Origin: Sphingobacteriales bacterium
Lineage (GTDB): Bacteria; Bacteroidota; Bacteroidia; Chitinophagales; CAIOSU01
Length of the DNA: 64,000 nt
Assembly (NCBI GenBank): GCA_027483645.1
Contig: JAIXUD010000017.1
Location: 19,083 to 83,082, forward strand
Direction: 5' to 3'
A model generated the notes under the pieces. It did no database searches, had not been told where the DNA came from, and saw only the letters and a program-made list of their open reading frames with translations. Position numbers and translations under genes: made by a program. Below are positions 59,692-64,000 of the stretch, piece by piece. How positions within the stretch are numbered: position 1 is the stretch's first letter; the number at the start of each line of letters is the position of its first letter.

Positions 59692-59695
59692 TAGC

Positions 59696-60217
59696 ATGAA
59701 AGCACATAATGGAATGAGGCCTCATGATGTAGTAGTATTATGTAAGATAATTATTCAACATCAAAAAGAGTGGCAAAATAGAATGCTGGCTGAAAGTTTG
59801 TTTATAAGTTCAGGCGAAATTTCAGAATCGTTGAATAGAAGTCGCACAGCTAGACTTATTGACCATAACAAAAAAATGGTCAATAAAGCGAGCTTTTATG
59901 AGTTCCTACTTCACGGACTACCTTTTGTCTTTCCTGGTGAACTTGGGGCGTTGCAAAGAGGGATTGCAACAGCCCATTCTCACAATTTTATGAAACAATA
60001 TTTTGACTCTAATACAAATTACATTTGGCCTGATTATGAAGGATCTTTAGTAGGTTTAGCGTTGAAGCCGCTATATGAAAATCAAACTAAGGCCGTAAAA
60101 TTTGATGCTAAATTATATGAAGTCTTAGCACTTATAGATGTCTTAAGGATTGGAAAGGTAAGAGAAATTGAAGTGGCAAAAAAAGAAATACATAAAATAT
60201 TTTTTGATGCGAAATGA
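59696..60217 (+). CDS. wHTH protein, putative antitoxin/regulator of the adjacent nucleotidyltransferase
   Basis: MRPHDVVVL.KI, LAESLFISSGEISESL.R HTH, HGL..VFP, RGIATAHS, LALIDVLRIG..RE. Confidence 0.65.
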   Translation: MKAHNGMRPHDVVVLCKIIIQHQKEWQNRMLAESLFISSGEISESLNRSRTARLIDHNKKMVNKASFYEFLLHGLPFVFPGELGALQRGIATAHSHNFMKQYFDSNTNYIWPDYEGSLVGLALKPLYENQTKAVKFDAKLYEVLALIDVLRIGKVREIEVAKKEIHKIFFDAK

Positions 60218-60902
60218 CATTAATACACAAAGAATATCTGCTGTTTTTAATGCTCTTGGTGAGTTACAAGAACATATCGTATTTGTTGGAGGTGCAACAT
60301 TATCAGTATATGCAGAAATAGAACAAACAGAAATACGTCCAACAAAAGATGTTGATTTGCTAGTAGAACTAGTAGCTTACAGCGATTTTGCAAAGTTAGA
60401 AGAGGAAATTCGTCGCTTAGGCTTTAAGAATGATGTTGAATCCGGGGTTATTTGCAGATTTAAACTTGGCGAAATCATTGTAGACATAATGCCCACAGAT
60501 GAAAAAGTAATTGGGTTTTCAAATAAATGGTATAAAGATGGTTTCGAGAGTGCCGTTGAGTGTGAATTGACAGACGATAATAAAATTAAAATATTTTCCG
60601 CTCCTTACTTTTTGGCTTCAAAACTAGAAGCGTTCAAAAGCCGTGGAAAATATGATGGCAGAACCAGTCACGATTTTGAAGACATAGTGTTTCTTTTGGA
60701 AAATAGACCCTCGATATGGATTGAAATTGAGCAAGTCCCTCAAAATTTAGCGATATATCTAAAAACGGAATTCGCTCAATTATTAGAGGAACCACTTCAC
60801 GCAGAATGGATAGGATGCCATGTAGAAAGATGGTCCCCACCTAGCACCTATTTCATAATTGAAAAAATGGAAGCCTTTGTAGCGAAACCTACACCCGCTT
60901 AA
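60207..60902 (+). CDS. Nucleotidyltransferase, AbiEii-like
   Basis: VFVGGA, RPTKDVD, VDIMP, FLASKLEAF..RG, D..DI..L. Confidence 0.75.
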   Translation: MRNDINTQRISAVFNALGELQEHIVFVGGATLSVYAEIEQTEIRPTKDVDLLVELVAYSDFAKLEEEIRRLGFKNDVESGVICRFKLGEIIVDIMPTDEKVIGFSNKWYKDGFESAVECELTDDNKIKIFSAPYFLASKLEAFKSRGKYDGRTSHDFEDIVFLLENRPSIWIEIEQVPQNLAIYLKTEFAQLLEEPLHAEWIGCHVERWSPPSTYFIIEKMEAFVAKPTPA

Positions 60903-62193
60903 TACTCGCCCCAAGGGCATTCAACCTACCGTCAATATTTTGATAGCCACGGTCAATTTGGTTGATGTTGTGGATGCGGCTGGTGCCACTGGCGGATAGG
61001 GCTGCAATTAGTAGCGATACCCCGGCACGGATGTCGGGCGAGCTCATGGAGATGCCGCGCAGCTTATAAGCTTTGTTGATGCCCACTACCGATGCGCGGT
61101 GCGGGTCGCAAAGGATGATTTGCGCGCCCATGTCAATCAGCTTATCTACAAAGAACAGGCGGCTCTCAAACATCTTTTGGTGGATGAGCACCGTGCCTTT
61201 GGCTTGGGTGGCTACTACCAGCACAATGCTCAGCAAATCGGGCGTGAAGCCCGGCCAAGGCGCATCGGCAATGGTCATGATGGAGCCATCGATGAAGGTC
61301 TGTATCTCGTAGTGGTCTTGCTCGTGTACCACAATATCGTCGCCCACAATATCGAAGTTGATACCCAATCTGCGGAAGGTATCGGGGATGATGCCAAGGT
61401 GCTGCACACCGGCATCTTTAATAGTGATGGCGCTACCCGTCATAGCTGCTAGGCCAATAAAAGAGCCAATCTCAATCATATCTGGCAGCAAGCGGTGCTT
61501 GGTGCCACCAAGGGATTCAACGCCCTCAATATGCAACAGGTTTGAGCCGATGCCGTCAATCTTCGCACCCATGCGCACCAGCATATTGCAAAGCTGCTGT
61601 AGGTAGGGCTCGCAAGCGGCATTGAAAATGGTGGTTTTGCCTTTGGCGAGTACGGCCGCCATCACAATATTGGCAGTACCGGTTACCGAAGCCTCATCTA
61701 GCAACATATATGTGCCCGTAAGATGGCTGGCATCCACGTTGTACATATAGCTCTCGGCATCGTAGTTGAATTTGGCGCCCAGCTTCTCGAAACCGATAAA
61801 GTGGGTATCGAGCCTGCGGCGGCCAATTTTATCGCCACCGGGGCGGGGGATGTGTGCTTTCTTAAAACGCGCCAGCATAGGGCCCACCACCATAATGGAG
61901 CCACGCAGATTGGCAGCCTTCTTACGGAACTGCTCTGTGAGCATTACATCGGCGGTTACGTTCTTGGCTTCAAAGCTATAGGTATCGGCGCTTTCGCGGG
62001 TTACTATCACGCCCATGTCGCCCAATATATCTATCAGGTGGTTTACATCGAGGATATCCGGAATATTGGATATGGTGATTTTTTCGGAGGTAAGTAATAC
62101 AGCGCTCAGTATTTGCAGGGCCTCGTTCTTAGCTCCTTGTGGGGTAATCTCGCCTTTCAGCTTTAGTCCCCCAACAACCTCGAAAGTATCCAT
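60889..62193 (-). CDS. murA: UDP-N-acetylglucosamine 1-carboxyvinyltransferase
   Basis: GAKNEAL, PGGDKIGRR (Asp-type active site), WPGFTPD, PDIRAG, IDRGY. Confidence 0.97.
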   Translation of the reverse strand: MDTFEVVGGLKLKGEITPQGAKNEALQILSAVLLTSEKITISNIPDILDVNHLIDILGDMGVIVTRESADTYSFEAKNVTADVMLTEQFRKKAANLRGSIMVVGPMLARFKKAHIPRPGGDKIGRRRLDTHFIGFEKLGAKFNYDAESYMYNVDASHLTGTYMLLDEASVTGTANIVMAAVLAKGKTTIFNAACEPYLQQLCNMLVRMGAKIDGIGSNLLHIEGVESLGGTKHRLLPDMIEIGSFIGLAAMTGSAITIKDAGVQHLGIIPDTFRRLGINFDIVGDDIVVHEQDHYEIQTFIDGSIMTIADAPWPGFTPDLLSIVLVVATQAKGTVLIHQKMFESRLFFVDKLIDMGAQIILCDPHRASVVGINKAYKLRGISMSSPDIRAGVSLLIAALSASGTSRIHNINQIDRGYQNIDGRLNALGASIKRV

Positions 62194-62199
62194 GTAAGC

Positions 62200-62892
62200 T
62201 TATTTTTTGTGGCGTGGTTTGAAGTTTTTGTTGTGGCGTGGCTGTCCGCCGCCGCCGCCTTGGTTTTTGTTAGGGCCACCCGGGCGGCGCTTAAAGTTGC
62301 CCGCAGGGCGGTCGCCGTCGCGCTGTTGGAAACCACCGGCACGCTTCTCACGGGCAAGCAAATCCAAGTTGGTTTCTTCGCCCAGCTTCAGTTTGCCACG
62401 GCTCATGCGCTCCAGGTCATCCATTATTACTTGGTTGTTCACCGTCTCGTTATTCCAGTTGGTGTGTACCAGTTTCATGTAGTTGCCTATCACCTCGGCA
62501 AACTCTTGGCGCTTTTGTGGGTCTTCCATCGCAATGGCTTTCTCAATCAGCGTCTCAATGTTTTTGCCGTAATGGCGGTGCTTAAACTCGCTTTGTGGGT
62601 AAGGTATGCGCTGGGGTTTGGCAAATATGGTCTCCCGGTCAGGAATAGGGTATGGCGACTCCACGTTAAGTTTGAAGTCGCTCATAATAATGATATGGTC
62701 CCAAAGCTTGTGGCGGAAATCCTCCACGTTCTTTAGGTGCGGGTTAAGCTGGCCCATCAGTTCTATAACAATCTTGGCTTGCTCGTTGCGTTTTTTGTCG
62801 TCTTCTATTTCCAGGAGGTATTCCACCATCCGTTGCACGTTGCGGCCATACTCGGTCATTTCTAACCTGCCGCGCTCGGTATTATAATTCAT
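62200..62892 (-). CDS. DUF4290 family protein
   Basis: YNTER..L...EYGRNVQ.MV, HKLWDH, HYGKNI; upstream of murA. Confidence 0.88.
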   Translation of the reverse strand: MNYNTERGRLEMTEYGRNVQRMVEYLLEIEDDKKRNEQAKIVIELMGQLNPHLKNVEDFRHKLWDHIIIMSDFKLNVESPYPIPDRETIFAKPQRIPYPQSEFKHRHYGKNIETLIEKAIAMEDPQKRQEFAEVIGNYMKLVHTNWNNETVNNQVIMDDLERMSRGKLKLGEETNLDLLAREKRAGGFQQRDGDRPAGNFKRRPGGPNKNQGGGGGQPRHNKNFKPRHKK

Positions 62893-63033
62893 GAAGTTGA
62901 TTTACTGTATTTACAAAGGTAGCTAATTTCTTTTTAGTGGATAAACATGCCAAAGGCAGCGCTTCCCAGTGGTGGCATCCCGTTTGAAACGAGACGCCAG
63001 ATATTGCATTACGTACTTAGCCTAGATAGGGGG

Positions 63034-64000
63034 TTATATCGCTTCTTTCTCATACAGATATGATTGAAAGCCTACGAACGTTTCCCTGATGCTCTTAATA
63101 TCCCCTAGCTCGTGCTTGGCATCGGCAATGGCATGATATTTCAATTCTAATAAGCGAGGTAGCTTAATATCATCTAGTTCGTCAATACCCGATTGCACAT
63201 ACTGTTGCAGCACAAAATCCAAAAATGCTTGCTGTTTAGGATTGTAGCTGTTTAAATGTACGCGTGCCCTTGTGGCACGGGTGGTTCTTTCCAAAGGCGT
63301 GCTATGAAAAGCCACATACGATAATACGTCGTACAAGTCGCTGTTTTCGGCTTGTATTAGGTTTTGCAATTCTTGTAGCTGTGCCCTTGGATAGCCTTTT
63401 TCTTGTAGTTCTTCCAGCAGTTTTTTGCGGGTATCGGGGCGGCTCCAAAGGGTACGCAGTTCCTCCTCGTTTGCAAATAGCGAGGGTAAAGCACCAAACA
63501 TACTTTCTAGAAACTGTTGCGATGAAATGGGTTTACCATCAGGGCTCCAAAAGCTGGTGCGGGTCATGTGTTGAAGTTCCCTTATTTTACCATCGGCCAG
63601 CTTTATTTTAAGTATTCGACGTGGGGCATCCGGTTCTTTCACAAATCCTGGCAATCGGTCATCGTCGTCAATGTCATAATCTTCGATAGGTTTGATGGGC
63701 CGAGGTGTTGGCGGTACTGGCTCCATGGGTTCACCGTCCCATGCCGGGTCGCTAAAGTGATGGTGTGCCGCTACAAAGTCGTAAATGGTAAAGTAGTCTT
63801 TACCGTCAAACAACCTGGTACCGCGGCCTATTATCTGCTTAAATTCCACCATGGAGTTTACAGGGCGCATGAGCACAATATTGCGCACCTCGGGTGCATC
63901 TACGCCCGTACTTAGTTTTTGTGAAGTAGTGAGTACGGTAGGTATGCGTTTCTCGTTATCTTGAAAATCTTTAAGGTGCTGCTCGCCCAATGCCCCATCG
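63034..64000 (-). CDS. hsdR: Type I restriction enzyme R subunit, C-terminal part (EcoEI-like; runs off window end)
   Basis: LSTGVDAP, FKQIIGRGTR, TIYDF helicase motifs and SDLYDVL C-terminal domain. Confidence 0.88.
   Translation of the reverse strand, partial: DGALGEQHLKDFQDNEKRIPTVLTTSQKLSTGVDAPEVRNIVLMRPVNSMVEFKQIIGRGTRLFDGKDYFTIYDFVAAHHHFSDPAWDGEPMEPVPPTPRPIKPIEDYDIDDDDRLPGFVKEPDAPRRILKIKLADGKIRELQHMTRTSFWSPDGKPISSQQFLESMFGALPSLFANEEELRTLWSRPDTRKKLLEELQEKGYPRAQLQELQNLIQAENSDLYDVLSYVAFHSTPLERTTRATRARVHLNSYNPKQQAFLDFVLQQYVQSGIDELDDIKLPRLLELKYHAIADAKHELGDIKSIRETFVGFQSYLYEKEAI

Noticed and set aside
61820-61845. MurA with Asp at the fosfomycin-reactive Cys position (PGGDKIG)
   Set aside because: Known natural variant, widespread in this phylum; not novel.
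1-64000. tRNA, rRNA or known riboswitch genes
   Set aside because: None recognisable by eye; an Infernal/Rfam scan would be needed to exclude small ncRNAs.

Overview
Chromosomal window from a Bacteroidota bacterium, judged from gldA/gldF/gldG, porZ and TTTG-N20-TAnnTTTG promoters. 1-28 kb is mostly housekeeping (ileS type 2, MMPL transporter, porZ, recO, gld ABC transporter, three PPIase/SurA-type genes, MoxR, aldose epimerase), with one AT-rich two-gene insert. 28.2-54.5 kb is a compact, apparently intact siphovirus-like head-and-tail gene cluster: frameshifting tail chaperone, four glycosyltransferase-like genes, tail completion proteins, Dit/hub-like proteins, a short tape measure, Clp prohead protease, capsid, tail tube, portal, adaptor, spike/fibre, holins and a detached large terminase. 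I recognise no integrase, repressor, replication gene, small terminase or endolysin in it. It starts at a host-type promoter, and most of its intergenic spacers contain 7-9-mer repeat arrays or palindromes. My main hypothesis is a domesticated, gene-transfer-agent-like particle locus, possibly with a glycosylated virion; a decaying prophage cannot be excluded from sequence alone. The window ends with a collagen-like surface protein, an AT-rich GT25/AbiE-like insert, murA, a DUF4290 gene and the 3' end of a type I restriction subunit. All product calls come from reading motifs by eye, not from database searches.
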